From positions 96,001-160,000 of the IMG/VR virus record IMGVR_UViG_3300025141_000025: a DNA stretch of 64,000 nucleotides; one strand, given 5' to 3'. Below, piece after piece: positions 45,520 through 55,575 of this stretch; the first letter of the stretch is position 1; each line of letters opens with the position of its first letter. The position numbers and the translations under genes are program-made. A model generated the notes under the pieces. It saw only the letters and a program-made list of their open reading frames with translations, ran no database searches and had not been told where the DNA came from. The stretch is from a virus.

Positions 45520-45728
45520 TAGCTCACCACCTGCGTCAAATCTCGTTCCATGACCCACACAACTGTGTAAGAAGGAGCACCCCAACACACTTGATGAACG
45601 TATGTCGAATTCCCTCGATCCACCCGTCGAGTAGCAGCCACCTTTTTAGAATTGACAATAATTCCAAGAGAACCATCGGGATGGTAGTTTTTATCCGTAC
45701 CTACTTGCACGACATCACCGACTTGCAT
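45519..45728 (-). CDS. MKVGDLV mini-protein
   Basis: MQVGDVV...HQVCW...WVMERDL. Confidence 0.7.
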   Translation of the reverse strand: MQVGDVVQVGTDKNYHPDGSLGIIVNSKKVAATRRVDRGNSTYVHQVCWGAPSYTVVWVMERDLTQVVS

Positions 45729-46072
45729 TAGACACTCTCCCCGTACTTGGCGATGTGGTCAGCGAGGGGGACCGGCTTAAGCCAGTTCTCGCTCGAACTC
45801 CAGCTACGAGGACCGCTATTCCGAAAGGTGTCCGCACGCTCCGGGTCCTTGAGAACCTGCCGGGTGTACTCCGACCGAATCCACGCAAGGTCATTGAGGA
45901 ACATGTTGGACTTGCTCCACTCCTTGAGGGCGTCGAAGGTGAGGTAGTACTTGTTGTAGTGCCAGATGTCGCTGCTGAACAGCGTGAGCGACACACCCTT
46001 AGCGTCGAACTCGGCCTCGATGGCCCAGTCCTTCTTCCACTCCGGTCGCAAGCTTCGGTAACCGTAACCCAA
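45728..46072 (-). CDS. hypothetical early protein
   Basis: TTG start, SD AGGAG, GC-rich; follows a promoter variant. Confidence 0.7.
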   Translation of the reverse strand: MGYGYRSLRPEWKKDWAIEAEFDAKGVSLTLFSSDIWHYNKYYLTFDALKEWSKSNMFLNDLAWIRSEYTRQVLKDPERADTFRNSGPRSWSSSENWLKPVPLADHIAKYGESV

Positions 46073-46112
46073 TGTTAGCTCCTAATTCGGGGGGCATCCC
46101 CAACCAACATTT

Positions 46113-46146
46113 ATATCATATCACATAAATTGCGATGTTACACAGG
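46113..46146 (-). promoter_or_regulatory. early-type promoter variant
   Basis: GTGTAA-CATCGCAATTTATGTGA-TATGAT. Confidence 0.65.
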
Positions 46147-46149
46147 AAG

Positions 46150-47055
46150 CTAAAAATTGTTCAAATAATTCGTATATTTTTGAGGAGGATTGCCATGAAA
46201 GAGAAAAACTAAGGCATGATTACCGATTTTTCCATGGGACCAGGCGCCTGTAAGCACATGTGAAACAGCTTTATGAGAATACTTTTTGTGCTTTTTTCTC
46301 CACTTTACATAGCTTTTCCATGGCTTTTGCCACTTGTCAGTGAGAATGATTAATTTAAGTTGATCCTTTCTAACATGATGACCAACACACCCTCTCCACG
46401 TTCTTTCCAGCCACCTGCCATATGTTGCATCTGAAAATAAAACAGTCTTTGGATTAACGGCGCACAAATCCCCAACAACAGATGCAGAAGCAATTGCAGA
46501 GCCACCCGCTGAGTGTCCCACAAAGTGCCTTCGAAATTTAATTTGTTTCTTGTAGATGTATTGTGTAATTGTTTCCGCCTCATCAACCATGTTAACAAGT
46601 TGATTTTTTCTTAGAAAGATTCTGCCCTGCCTACCTCTTGGGGTTGTTGTATAATGACTCCATGGCAACTCAGGAACAATAAGCACAACATCTTTACCTA
46701 ATTTCTTTCTAATATATTCATATTGAGGCATCAATCTTTTTGAAAATGTTTTTTTACTAAAACCATTTAAACCATGAAACCAATAAACCACATCAACTTC
46801 TGTCGTGCTTTTAGAAATTTTAGGTAACATCATCATCACTTGTCTTTTTAGAAACTTATGACGAACATCACGTTTTCCAATTGACTCAAATGTCGAGACG
46901 AGTAAAAAACCACAAAATTTTCGTGACAATAGTTCATTTTTTGCGATATTGGCAACTTGGGCAGTTTTTGGATTGTCGACGATAAAAGTAAATGTGCAGG
47001 CTAACGCTGCCTGCACACTTGAAAAATACAATAAAACTGCAAAAATGTATTTCAT
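46150..47055 (-). CDS. secreted alpha/beta-hydrolase-like protein
   Basis: Signal peptide; YWFHG, GHSAGG, SDATY, SHG. Confidence 0.6.
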   Translation of the reverse strand: MKYIFAVLLYFSSVQAALACTFTFIVDNPKTAQVANIAKNELLSRKFCGFLLVSTFESIGKRDVRHKFLKRQVMMMLPKISKSTTEVDVVYWFHGLNGFSKKTFSKRLMPQYEYIRKKLGKDVVLIVPELPWSHYTTTPRGRQGRIFLRKNQLVNMVDEAETITQYIYKKQIKFRRHFVGHSAGGSAIASASVVGDLCAVNPKTVLFSDATYGRWLERTWRGCVGHHVRKDQLKLIILTDKWQKPWKSYVKWRKKHKKYSHKAVSHVLTGAWSHGKIGNHALVFLFHGNPPQKYTNYLNNF

Positions 47056-47059
47056 GACA

Positions 47060-47299
47060 TCACTTATTTCTCTTTTTCTTTTTTGTATTGTTCTTTTCTT
47101 GCACTTTTTGTAAATTTCGATAATGCACTGTGAAACAACTGTCAGCATCACGACGTCGAACCTTTGCTTGGGTTCCTTCATTTTTCAAAATTTTATTTCG
47201 CTTTGCATCGGCTTCATCAAATGTATCAAACTTGCCTGCAAGAATCCATGCCTTTCCAAACATGTTGCCTATTTTTTCGTTCGTCTTTTTCTTACCCAT
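47060..47299 (-). CDS. basic hypothetical protein
   Basis: 79 aa, Lys-rich. Confidence 0.6.
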   Translation of the reverse strand: MGKKKTNEKIGNMFGKAWILAGKFDTFDEADAKRNKILKNEGTQAKVRRRDADSCFTVHYRNLQKVQEKNNTKKKKRNK

Positions 47300-47311
47300 A
47301 AAAAATCACCC

Positions 47312-47587
47312 TTACTCTAAAATCTTATCTGCAATCTTTTTTGCACAGTCTTTTCGCGTAGTCTCTGATGCCAAGTTCAATTGTTTATCTGACATTTCAT
47401 TTAGGCATATCATAATCTTGTGTTCCAGAGCATCTGGTTGTAACAATTTTTCAAGCCTATTACATTTATTTTCAAGCTCTACAAAAGTGTGTTTGAGAGA
47501 GACATAATCCCAGCACGCTTCAGCTAGTTCCCTTTCAACACGATCCAGTTTTTCTAGCTTTTGCTTTACCTCTTGTAAGTTATTCAT
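47312..47587 (-). CDS. coiled-coil hypothetical protein
   Basis: ORF coupled to def. Confidence 0.6.
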   Translation of the reverse strand: MNNLQEVKQKLEKLDRVERELAEACWDYVSLKHTFVELENKCNRLEKLLQPDALEHKIMICLNEMSDKQLNLASETTRKDCAKKIADKILE

Positions 47588-48104
47588 TTTTTCCACCCTT
47601 AAAATTAATCATTCTGTCGATATAGAGAATTCCGTCTAGGTGATCACATTCATGTTGAATTACGCCTGCTAAAGGCCAACCAATAATGACTTCATGCATT
47701 TTACCCGTTAAATCCTGATATGACAGTTTTAATCCTGTACTTCTCACCACTTCTCCAAAATAGCCTGGAACAGAAAGACATGCTTCGTTCCACTTTGTTG
47801 AATCACCCAAAAAATCCATGACAGGATTTATTATCACAATGTGATCACGATACAAATTAAAATGTGCAGCCTCAGAAGGATCAACAAATCCTGGAAAATT
47901 TGCACAAATTACAACAACTCTTTTTGTAACACCTACCTGCGGTGCTGCCAATCCAATTCCATTTTGTTGTTTAAGCGTATCAATTAGGTCATCAACCAAG
48001 TTCTTGCAAAAGTTAGTTTCAAAATTAATGACACTATCCGAAATGACATTTAAGTTTTCGTCAGGATATGTCAATATCTTTTTGATCACCAATTTTTGCC
48101 TCAT
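47580..48104 (-). CDS. def: peptide deformylase
   Basis: GIGLAAPQVG, EACLS, QHECDHLDG. Confidence 0.95.
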   Translation of the reverse strand: MRQKLVIKKILTYPDENLNVISDSVINFETNFCKNLVDDLIDTLKQQNGIGLAAPQVGVTKRVVVICANFPGFVDPSEAAHFNLYRDHIVIINPVMDFLGDSTKWNEACLSVPGYFGEVVRSTGLKLSYQDLTGKMHEVIIGWPLAGVIQHECDHLDGILYIDRMINFKGGKNE

Positions 48105-48140
48105 TTAAATGATATAAATTATCGACTCAAATTACAAAAT

Positions 48141-49193
48141 TTACAGCCCTAATTTAGATATTTTTTTCAATGCCTCATGCTGGTCGCTGTTTAAAGAATC
48201 AGGAACCTCGACAATAATTGTCACAAAATGATCGCCCTGTCCAGGTACCCTTAATTTTGAAATACCCTTTTTGGCTAATCTAAGTGTAGTTCCTGACTGT
48301 GTGCCGGCTGGCAAAACAATTTTTTCATTGCCATGTAAAGTTTCAACCTCGACTTTTGTCCCCAAAGCAGCATCGCTAAATTTAACTTTTGCAGTTGAAT
48401 ATATATTTGACCCCTCTCTTTTGAAACGTGGATGGGTGCCTACAGCAACATGAATATAAACATCCCCTCTGTGGCCTCCAGGACCAGCTTCGCCTTCACC
48501 CGAAATCTTTATTCGAGAATCAGCGTTTACACCAGCTGGTATGTTCACGTTAATTGTACATTCTTCAATTCCGGCCCCGGCACCATTACAGTCGTCACAC
48601 GGGGTTTCGGGAAAGATGCCATGACCGTTGCATGCCTGACATGTCATTTGAATGATAAAGGAACCTTGCTGATGTTGGATATTACCTGCTCCGCCACACG
48701 AACTACACGAAACACTTCGAGTGCCCGGCTTTTCACCGGAGCCTTTACACGTTGTACATACACCTTGTCGTTTGAATGTAACGGTTTGTGTGCAGCCGAA
48801 TGCAGCTTCTTCAAAGGTTAGTTGCAGATTACCTTGCAAATCAGCGCCTTTTTGACTTCGGTGACCCCTTTTTGACCTACCAAAAATATCGCCAAACATA
48901 TCACCGAATCCGCCAAAAATGTCTTCAAACCCACCGAATCCTCGGTTGTGACCCGACCGCTGTGTAGATCGAGGACCGGTGTGACCAAATTGGTCATACT
49001 CTTTTTTCTTTTCGGGATCCCCCAGGACGGCATATGCCTCTGAGCATTGTTTGAATATCTCCTCAGCTTCTTCATTGTCGGGATTTTTATCAGGGTGATA
49101 CTTGTGTGCCATTTTACGATAAGCACTTTTAATTTGCGATACATTTGCACTTTTATCCAGACCAAGAATATTATAATAATCTGATTTTTTCAT
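48141..49193 (-). CDS. dnaJ: chaperone DnaJ
   Basis: J-domain HPD, G/F region, four CxxCxGxG, C-terminal domain. Confidence 0.97.
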   Translation of the reverse strand: MKKSDYYNILGLDKSANVSQIKSAYRKMAHKYHPDKNPDNEEAEEIFKQCSEAYAVLGDPEKKKEYDQFGHTGPRSTQRSGHNRGFGGFEDIFGGFGDMFGDIFGRSKRGHRSQKGADLQGNLQLTFEEAAFGCTQTVTFKRQGVCTTCKGSGEKPGTRSVSCSSCGGAGNIQHQQGSFIIQMTCQACNGHGIFPETPCDDCNGAGAGIEECTINVNIPAGVNADSRIKISGEGEAGPGGHRGDVYIHVAVGTHPRFKREGSNIYSTAKVKFSDAALGTKVEVETLHGNEKIVLPAGTQSGTTLRLAKKGISKLRVPGQGDHFVTIIVEVPDSLNSDQHEALKKISKLGL

Positions 49194-49215
49194 ATTATGC
49201 TTACCCTAATATAGA

Positions 49216-49249
49216 ATTTCCCGGGGTTCAAACTTGAACCCCGGGAAAT
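49216..49249. terminator. perfect 16-bp inverted repeat between dnaK and dnaJ
   Basis: ATTTCCCGGGGTTCAA-AC-TTGAACCCCGGGAAAT. Confidence 0.6.
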
Positions 49250-49269
49250 AAATGACGTGCTAATACGTC

Positions 49270-51132
49270 TTACACAAATTCAGCATCAATTACATCATCG
49301 TTTGGCGGTGGCGAATTGTCCGGTTGCTCATCATCCGACGTCGTATCATATGCCTGCTTTGCGATTTGTTGCAACACATCATTCAGCGTAGAAAACGCAT
49401 CATCAAGTTCTGACTTTGTATCACATGCAAGCTTTGCCTCTGCAGCAGAAACCGCTGTATTGATAGCCGAAACATCCTCATCAGACAATTTGTCACCAAG
49501 TGCTTCTGTGGAGTTTTTCGCCTGATGTATCAGGTTGTCCAGCATGTTTCTTGATTCGACAACTGCCTTCTTCTTTTGATCCTCAGCCTCATATTTAGAT
49601 GCGTCCTTTACCATTTGATCAATTTCAGTATCTGACAGGCCACTTGAGTTTGTAATTGTGATCTTTTGATCCTTACCTGTTGCCTTATCAACTGCTGCAA
49701 CCGTCAAGATTCCATTTACATCAATGTCAAAAGTAACTTCAATTTGTGGAACACCCCGGGGTGCAGGAGGAATACCATCCAAAGTGAAACGGCCCAAGGT
49801 TCTGTTGTCGCCCGCCATTTCTCTTTCTCCCTGCAGGACATGTATATCAACTTGCATCTGATTATCAGCTGCCGTTGAAAAGACCTCAGACTTCTTCGTG
49901 GGAATAGTCGTATTCCTAGGGATCAGTTTTGTTGTGACTGATCCCATTGTCTCAATCCCTAGGCTAAGTGGAGTTACATCGAGCAGGAGCATATCCTTGA
50001 CATCACCTGTAAGGACACCTCCTTGCACGGCGGCACCTAATGCCACAACCTCATCAGGGTTGACGCCTTGATGTGGAGATTTGCCAAAGAATTTTTCAAC
50101 CTTCTGCATAACCAAAGGAATTCGTGTAGACCCACCGACCAAAATAACCTGGTCAATGTCAGTCGCCTTCTTTCCTGCATCTTTCAGCGCTTGCTTGCAA
50201 GACTTAAATGTCTTATCCACGATCCCATCAGCCAGCTGCTCAAATTTAGAACGACTAATCGAACATGTCAAATGCTTAGGACCGGTAGCATCAGCTGTCA
50301 AGAAAGGCAAATTAATGTCTGAAACCTGTGTAGAACTCAGTTCAATCTTTGCCTTCTCAGCTGCTTCACGAATTCTTTGCATAACCATTGAGTCACCGCT
50401 GACATCCAGCCCTGCCTGTTGTTTAAATTCCTCTAGCAAATGATCGATCAAAGCTTCATCGATATTATCACCGCCAAGATATGTGTCACCGCTCGTAGAT
50501 AAAACCTCTACAACATCACCACTTACCTCCAAAACAGAAACATCAAATGTACCACCACCGAAATCGTAAACAGCCACAAGTTGTTCACTCTTGGCACCTA
50601 GGCCATAAGCCAGGGCCGCTGCTGTAGGCTCATTGATGATTCGTTTGACGTTCAATCCGGCAATCTTACCGGCATCCTTAGTGGCCTGTCGTTGACTGTC
50701 ATTGAAATACGCCGGAACCGTAACCACAGCTTCGGTGACAGGTTCGCCAAGATACTTCTCAGCAGCTCTCTTTAGCTTCTGGAGCACCTTAGCGCTAATC
50801 TCCGGTGGTGAATAAACCTTGCCGTCAACATTGATACAGGCGTCACCTGCCGCATTCGCAGTTACATCAAAGGCAACCTTCTCAGCGGCATTTTTTACCT
50901 CATCAAGCTTTGACCCGATGAACCGTTTGGCGGAATAGATGGTTTTATCAGGATTTACGACTGCTTGCCGGCGTGCTGTCACCCCAACAAGAACATCATT
51001 ATCGTTAAAAGCAACGACTGATGGTGTCGTTCGACTACCCTCCTCATTGACAATTACATGAGGTTCTCCTCCCTCAACAATTGCAACGCACGAGTTTGTC
51101 GTGCCCAAATCAATACCAATAATCTTACTCAT
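49270..51132 (-). CDS. dnaK: chaperone DnaK (Hsp70)
   Basis: [32 protein letters not shown]. Confidence 0.98.
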   Translation of the reverse strand: MSKIIGIDLGTTNSCVAIVEGGEPHVIVNEEGSRTTPSVVAFNDNDVLVGVTARRQAVVNPDKTIYSAKRFIGSKLDEVKNAAEKVAFDVTANAAGDACINVDGKVYSPPEISAKVLQKLKRAAEKYLGEPVTEAVVTVPAYFNDSQRQATKDAGKIAGLNVKRIINEPTAAALAYGLGAKSEQLVAVYDFGGGTFDVSVLEVSGDVVEVLSTSGDTYLGGDNIDEALIDHLLEEFKQQAGLDVSGDSMVMQRIREAAEKAKIELSSTQVSDINLPFLTADATGPKHLTCSISRSKFEQLADGIVDKTFKSCKQALKDAGKKATDIDQVILVGGSTRIPLVMQKVEKFFGKSPHQGVNPDEVVALGAAVQGGVLTGDVKDMLLLDVTPLSLGIETMGSVTTKLIPRNTTIPTKKSEVFSTAADNQMQVDIHVLQGEREMAGDNRTLGRFTLDGIPPAPRGVPQIEVTFDIDVNGILTVAAVDKATGKDQKITITNSSGLSDTEIDQMVKDASKYEAEDQKKKAVVESRNMLDNLIHQAKNSTEALGDKLSDEDVSAINTAVSAAEAKLACDTKSELDDAFSTLNDVLQQIAKQAYDTTSDDEQPDNSPPPNDDVIDAEFV

Positions 51133-51236
51133 TTTTTATCTCCTTGTTATAAAGCGAGTATCATAAAAGCTAAGCCCCAAGTGGCAGCTTTACCTTGTAA
51201 ATTGATTATAAAACATTCATATAATTTTTTCAAAAC

Positions 51237-51425
51237 TCATGGACGATTACATTCAACGACGACCTCCAGGTCCTCATCATGATACCACAAGCTCGCAGAG
51301 TCCCATTGCACGTGAACGCTGAGATTGTCAGGATCATATTTCTCAATCTGAATCACGATGCCTACACCTCCGTCAACAGACATACATGCACCTTCAGTGC
51401 ATCTTACCAGGTCACCTACTTTCAT
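51237..51425 (-). CDS. MKVGDLV mini-protein
   Basis: MKVGDLV...LEVVV. Confidence 0.75.
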   Translation of the reverse strand: MKVGDLVRCTEGACMSVDGGVGIVIQIEKYDPDNLSVHVQWDSASLWYHDEDLEVVVECNRP

Positions 51426-51606
51426 GAATAACCCTTAGCCTGTCAACGGCGTACTTTATAGTGATACCTCCAAAATTCACTAGTGCCGCCCCGCCCGGAT
51501 AGCCTTTTTCGTTTGTAATTTCAATCACAATTCCTGGCCGGGTTTCCCATACGTGCCCCTTCATGGTTTCTCTTAGGCCGAGCCTTACTAAATCACCCGG
51601 TTTCAC
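51412..51606 (-). CDS. MKVGDLV mini-protein
   Basis: MKPGDLV...VIHESR. Confidence 0.75.
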   Translation of the reverse strand: MKPGDLVRLGLRETMKGHVWETRPGIVIEITNEKGYPGGAALVNFGGITIKYAVDRLRVIHESR

Positions 51607-51836
51607 TTGTGGTGCCTATTTTGTGCATTTATCATGCTAAGATAGTCGTGATACCCTGTAAAATCCATGATTGATCCGCTGTTGAACATTACTAAAAATG
51701 AATGATCGGAAATTTCTATAACCAACCCAACTTTATTAAAGTGCGTCCATTCAATCGGATTAAAATCAGGAGACAGCGGTTTTCCGCCATCTAAGATAAC
51801 CAAATCTCCAATACTGATTTTTTGACTAGTTTGCAA
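51603..51836 (-). CDS. MKVGDLV-like mini-protein
   Basis: ISIGDLV...GLVIE. Confidence 0.65.
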   Translation of the reverse strand: MQTSQKISIGDLVILDGGKPLSPDFNPIEWTHFNKVGLVIEISDHSFLVMFNSGSIMDFTGYHDYLSMINAQNRHHK

Positions 51837-52064
51837 TTAAAGAGCTAATGAAAAAACATCAGCCTGGTTATAAATTCTATTTTCAGAATTGCTTAAGTGA
51901 ACATGCACAAGCGACCATTTTTTGTTGTATTTTTGAATGTCAATAACAATACCAAATATATTTTCATCCATCTGTGGCTTGAGGGGCCACGCTGTGCATT
52001 TGACAATACTACCAATTTTAATATTGTTATTCACTATATCAACGCCATAAACCTTTTTCTTCAT
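51837..52064 (-). CDS. SH3-like mini-protein
   Basis: IKIGSIV...GIVID. Confidence 0.6.
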   Translation of the reverse strand: MKKKVYGVDIVNNNIKIGSIVKCTAWPLKPQMDENIFGIVIDIQKYNKKWSLVHVHLSNSENRIYNQADVFSLAL

Positions 52065-52118
52065 TCCAAATAAATAAGATGATTCCTGTTATCGGAATTA
52101 GCAAACCCAATAACTCCA

Positions 52119-53048
52119 CTAGGCCACCTTTGACATGGAACAAAAGTCATCACGATATTTGAACAATGCCAATTCCTTAGCCTTACACTCGAGCACAACA
52201 TCAGTAGGCTCGTTATACGACTCAAATGGTGTATAAAACCACGTGCTGTGCGCCATTTTATTGGCGGTGTGATCCTCGTACCGCCGGCGGCTGTTGCTAT
52301 GGTGACACTGTTGCTTGATACCAACTGGCCACGTACCTCGTGCTAGATAATATGAATCATGATAGTCAAAATCCTGTGGGCCAATCTCGAAATGATGCGA
52401 GTCAAATACGATAGGAATGCCAATACGACTGTATACACCATCATGCAGCATTTTGGTAGAATACAGGTTAGGTTTATCATCGTTTTCGACAGTGAGACGA
52501 CACTGTGCCGAAGGTGAGAGACGTTTGAAATTGTCGCAAAATCGAGCCAACGCCTTTTCATGTTCACCATATGCACCACCTACATGAATATTAATTTTAG
52601 CGCCTGGTGTGTTTGGCATACCAAGCATATCCATAATTTGTGCAGTTTGATCAAGTTCACGAAGAGACTTAGCAACGGTCGACTCATTTGGACTAGCCAG
52701 GACGCAGAATTGACCTGGATGAAATGAAAGACGTTGACCACAGGAGCGAGCAATTTGTCCCGCCTCAGCAAGCGTATTTGCAATTTCTTGATAGTCAGGA
52801 AGATCTGTGATTTCGTATTCTGACATCCATGGAAACAAGCAGGACGTAACCCGGTATACACTGATGTCGTTCTTGTTGTTCCAGTCAACAACAGCACGAA
52901 GCCCTTTGACATTTGACAGTGCTAACATACTGGCATAGGGCATGCCCTTGGCCAGCCACGTACGGTTAATCATACCTCGATTGCACATAATTTTAGACTG
53001 CTTTTGTAGCGTGGTATTAATGCACGCATAACCTAAATTAACTGACAT
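52119..53048 (-). CDS. uvsE: UV damage endonuclease UvsE/UVDE
   Basis: LGYACIN, RLSFHPGQF, INIHVGG, LTVENDD, FDSHH. Confidence 0.95.
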   Translation of the reverse strand: MSVNLGYACINTTLQKQSKIMCNRGMINRTWLAKGMPYASMLALSNVKGLRAVVDWNNKNDISVYRVTSCLFPWMSEYEITDLPDYQEIANTLAEAGQIARSCGQRLSFHPGQFCVLASPNESTVAKSLRELDQTAQIMDMLGMPNTPGAKINIHVGGAYGEHEKALARFCDNFKRLSPSAQCRLTVENDDKPNLYSTKMLHDGVYSRIGIPIVFDSHHFEIGPQDFDYHDSYYLARGTWPVGIKQQCHHSNSRRRYEDHTANKMAHSTWFYTPFESYNEPTDVVLECKAKELALFKYRDDFCSMSKVA

Positions 53049-53114
53049 ATTTCGACCTGCTTTTTTGTGTATTGTATAAAATTATATCATAATTTGGTGC
53101 GTATTACATGCGTT

Positions 53115-53324
53115 TCATGTTGGCATAAAATCTTTTTTTCCGGCCTTTTCTACGAGCTGTGCTCTCACACGAATAGGTTGCCCCTCATACAAGATAGTAG
53201 CTGCCTTGTTTAAACTGTCGTATTCAACTAAGAGACCAATTCGTTTCTTAGGCGTAGTTGACCAATCATTTACATCTACAATATCTAACCATTCAGCAAA
53301 TCTAACGATGTCACCTGGCCTCAA
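53115..53324 (-). CDS. MKVGDLV-like mini-protein
   Basis: TTG start, RPGDIV...GLLVE. Confidence 0.65.
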   Translation of the reverse strand: MRPGDIVRFAEWLDIVDVNDWSTTPKKRIGLLVEYDSLNKAATILYEGQPIRVRAQLVEKAGKKDFMPT

Positions 53325-53502
53325 CAACGGTCTCCAAGTCTCGTATACGCAATGTTGTTCTTTGATGTGTGCACCCTGGCGCCCAAAGCACATTAACTAA
53401 TCCAATTGAGGGGTGTGCCTTACCTCGTTTGATATTGAGCACAATACCTAACTCATCGTCTCGTCCGTCAAAACGATGCCTGACCATGTCACCGACTTTC
53501 AT
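53311..53502 (-). CDS. MKVGDLV mini-protein
   Basis: MKVGDMV...VVEAR. Confidence 0.75.
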   Translation of the reverse strand: MKVGDMVRHRFDGRDDELGIVLNIKRGKAHPSIGLVNVLWAPGCTHQRTTLRIRDLETVVEAR

Positions 53503-53747
53503 TCTGCCTCCGCAAATAAGCTGATATCTTCTTCAAAGTCGGCATCGTCATACCACTGTGCCCAATCCTCAATGGCCTTGCTCCACCCAACGTCTTCGAT
53601 GTCGTCAAGCCAAGTAATTTGAACTCCGTGTGGTTCCTTCAGCGCCATCCCGGACGGGCTCTCCTGCTTAATGTCAGTGATCACCCCCAGGCCGCCATTT
53701 TCCCATGAAGTGTGATTTACGTATTGTACCATATCACCGACTTTCAT
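53499..53747 (-). CDS. MKVGDLV mini-protein
   Basis: MKVGDMV. Confidence 0.75.
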   Translation of the reverse strand: MKVGDMVQYVNHTSWENGGLGVITDIKQESPSGMALKEPHGVQITWLDDIEDVGWSKAIEDWAQWYDDADFEEDISLFAEAE

Positions 53748-53886
53748 TTATCACCTCTAGTTCATTTTCAAAACGATTGCTATAAACGCCATCAGCCCAT
53801 TGAACACGAAACATATCACTTCGAATAGACACAATCAACCCGAGCATGTCATTAGCTTTAAATTTTACCAAATCGCCAACACTCAT
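53734..53886 (-). CDS. MKVGDLV mini-protein (50 aa, not in ORF track)
   Basis: MSVGDLVKFKANDMLGLIV...LEVINESR. Confidence 0.7.
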   Translation of the reverse strand: MSVGDLVKFKANDMLGLIVSIRSDMFRVQWADGVYSNRFENELEVINESR

Positions 53887-54698
53887 TTTGGGTTTCTCTT
53901 GCTAACATTGTCCAGGGGGAGTATTTCTGGGTTTCCATCGATCAGAACTTCAATCGCAGGTTTCCCCCTGTCATCGACAAAAGGCGAACCAATGATCAAT
54001 CCGGGGGAACCTTTTGGAATTGCTGGAGCGCTCGAGTGGTGGCCATGCGTTTCACCACGTCGCTTTGTTACAACGAGCGTTCCGACCGGCCATCGGTCAT
54101 AGGCATCGGCGATCAGCTTACGATCGCCCTTGCAGACATTCATCATTTTTTGTGCCGACCACTCTTCCAAGTATTCTATATCACCATTCAGCCAGGATTT
54201 GCACTCTTGCAATGCCCTTGCTTTTCCTGGTTGGCCGCCTAGGTAATAAGAAGTATATCGCCGACAGAAATTTACACCAATTTCAATCTGTGCCTTCTGT
54301 TCAGGTGTAGGTTGCCAAATACCATTTTGACGAATATCAGCTGCTTTAGCCATCAGCTTTTTCATGAACTTGTCTTGCTTTTCGCTTAACGACCAGCCTC
54401 GGGCCACTTTTCGAGCGAAATCCCGGAGTGTATTGCTTACTTTTTCCATCCCTGGCGTATCGGCATCGCGAAGAAGCTGCTCTACAAGCAGGACATTCTT
54501 TGGCTCAGGAGGATCTGAAATCACTGCACTGTCATACCATTCACGCTGGCGCTTTGTCAACGCCCGGCCTCGCTCCAGGCGCGTCAGCATATCTTCTACA
54601 AAACGAACGCTACGATCGTCAGCACAATTTTTTGCCTGCCAACGCTCAACCATGATTTTGCCAAGTTCAATTCTTTTTGCTGCGCTCATTCGTGGCAT
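53883..54698 (-). CDS. hypothetical early protein (repeated LT/SxxQ helical units plus C-terminal SH3-like domain)
   Basis: LTKRQ, LSEKQ, PTPEQ repeats; promoter upstream. Confidence 0.7.
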   Translation of the reverse strand: MPRMSAAKRIELGKIMVERWQAKNCADDRSVRFVEDMLTRLERGRALTKRQREWYDSAVISDPPEPKNVLLVEQLLRDADTPGMEKVSNTLRDFARKVARGWSLSEKQDKFMKKLMAKAADIRQNGIWQPTPEQKAQIEIGVNFCRRYTSYYLGGQPGKARALQECKSWLNGDIEYLEEWSAQKMMNVCKGDRKLIADAYDRWPVGTLVVTKRRGETHGHHSSAPAIPKGSPGLIIGSPFVDDRGKPAIEVLIDGNPEILPLDNVSKRNPK

Positions 54699-54729
54699 AA
54701 AATCTTCTCCCTTCCTCAAAAGACATTAA

Positions 54730-54763
54730 TATTATACCACATCTTTAGAACACTTACACAGAA
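54730..54763 (-). promoter_or_regulatory. early-type promoter
   Basis: GTGTAA-GTGTTCTAAAGATGTGG-TATAAT. Confidence 0.8.
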
Positions 54764-54988
54764 CTAAAGCCTCATCGGATCAAATAAACATAACGTTTTA
54801 CACTGTGACAGTGTTTTATTGCAAATATCACCGGAACTATCTAAAAGCATAACTTTATAAGCTGGTTCGTTCATGATTCGGCGTGCTCTGCCAATTATTA
54901 CACCAATGGCATGTGTACCAACCCAATTGATTTCTACAATATCACCGGATTTCAAGTCATACTTCCTTATTACTGTTGTTGTTTTCAC
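54764..54988 (-). CDS. SH3-like mini-protein
   Basis: LKSGDIV...GVII. Confidence 0.6.
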   Translation of the reverse strand: MKTTTVIRKYDLKSGDIVEINWVGTHAIGVIIGRARRIMNEPAYKVMLLDSSGDICNKTLSQCKTLCLFDPMRL

Positions 54989-55098
54989 AATGTAATGTAA
55001 CCACCTTTCCAGCCGGTGGAGTACTTAGAGATTTACATGCCCACCTAAGAGCTGACAAACACTTTGCCTTTATCCAATACATTAAAACTTTCATATTA

Positions 55099-55449
55099 CT
55101 ATAGCTCTTCTATTCTTTTTGCTTTGTCATCAATGACAAGGTCAAAATGAGGCTTGGGATTTGTGCTTGTTCCTGTTACAAGGTCATGATGTTTGCAACC
55201 CCATTCCTCTAATTGACTACGTGTGTGCTCGGTATAATCCTTACCAGAAACCGATCCACGAGCTGTCCAATAAACAACTCTCCACCCCTCATCATATAGC
55301 TTATTAATTTTAGTGATATTTTCATAATTGGGCTCCGAAAGATTGTATTTTCTCTCACCTGAATAAAAACAAATTGTTTCATCAATATCAACCAAAACAG
55401 TTTTTTGCTTATCATCATCAGTAAATCTAGATGCTGCGTGAAATTCCAA
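55099..55449 (-). CDS. small HAD-family phosphatase
   Basis: VDIDETIC, WTARG, KP, IDDKA. Confidence 0.8.
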   Translation of the reverse strand: MEFHAASRFTDDDKQKTVLVDIDETICFYSGERKYNLSEPNYENITKINKLYDEGWRVVYWTARGSVSGKDYTEHTRSQLEEWGCKHHDLVTGTSTNPKPHFDLVIDDKAKRIEEL

Positions 55450-55575
55450 AATATCTCCTTTTATTGTATCATGTGGTGATCACATGTCAATAACAATTAT
55501 AACCATGTGCATAAAGAAATATAAAAGAATACTTATAATTGATGCTGCTGACATTACAAAAGCCTATAACATAAA

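Noticed and set aside
45715-45996. 93-aa Ser/Thr-rich ORF ending NASR
   Set aside because: Alternate frame of 45728..46072, which has the SD and promoter. It also shows that ESR-type endings can arise passively from the junction sequence
51133-51236. CIRCE/HrcA operator upstream of dnaK
   Set aside because: No TTAGCACTC-N9-GAGTGCTAA match
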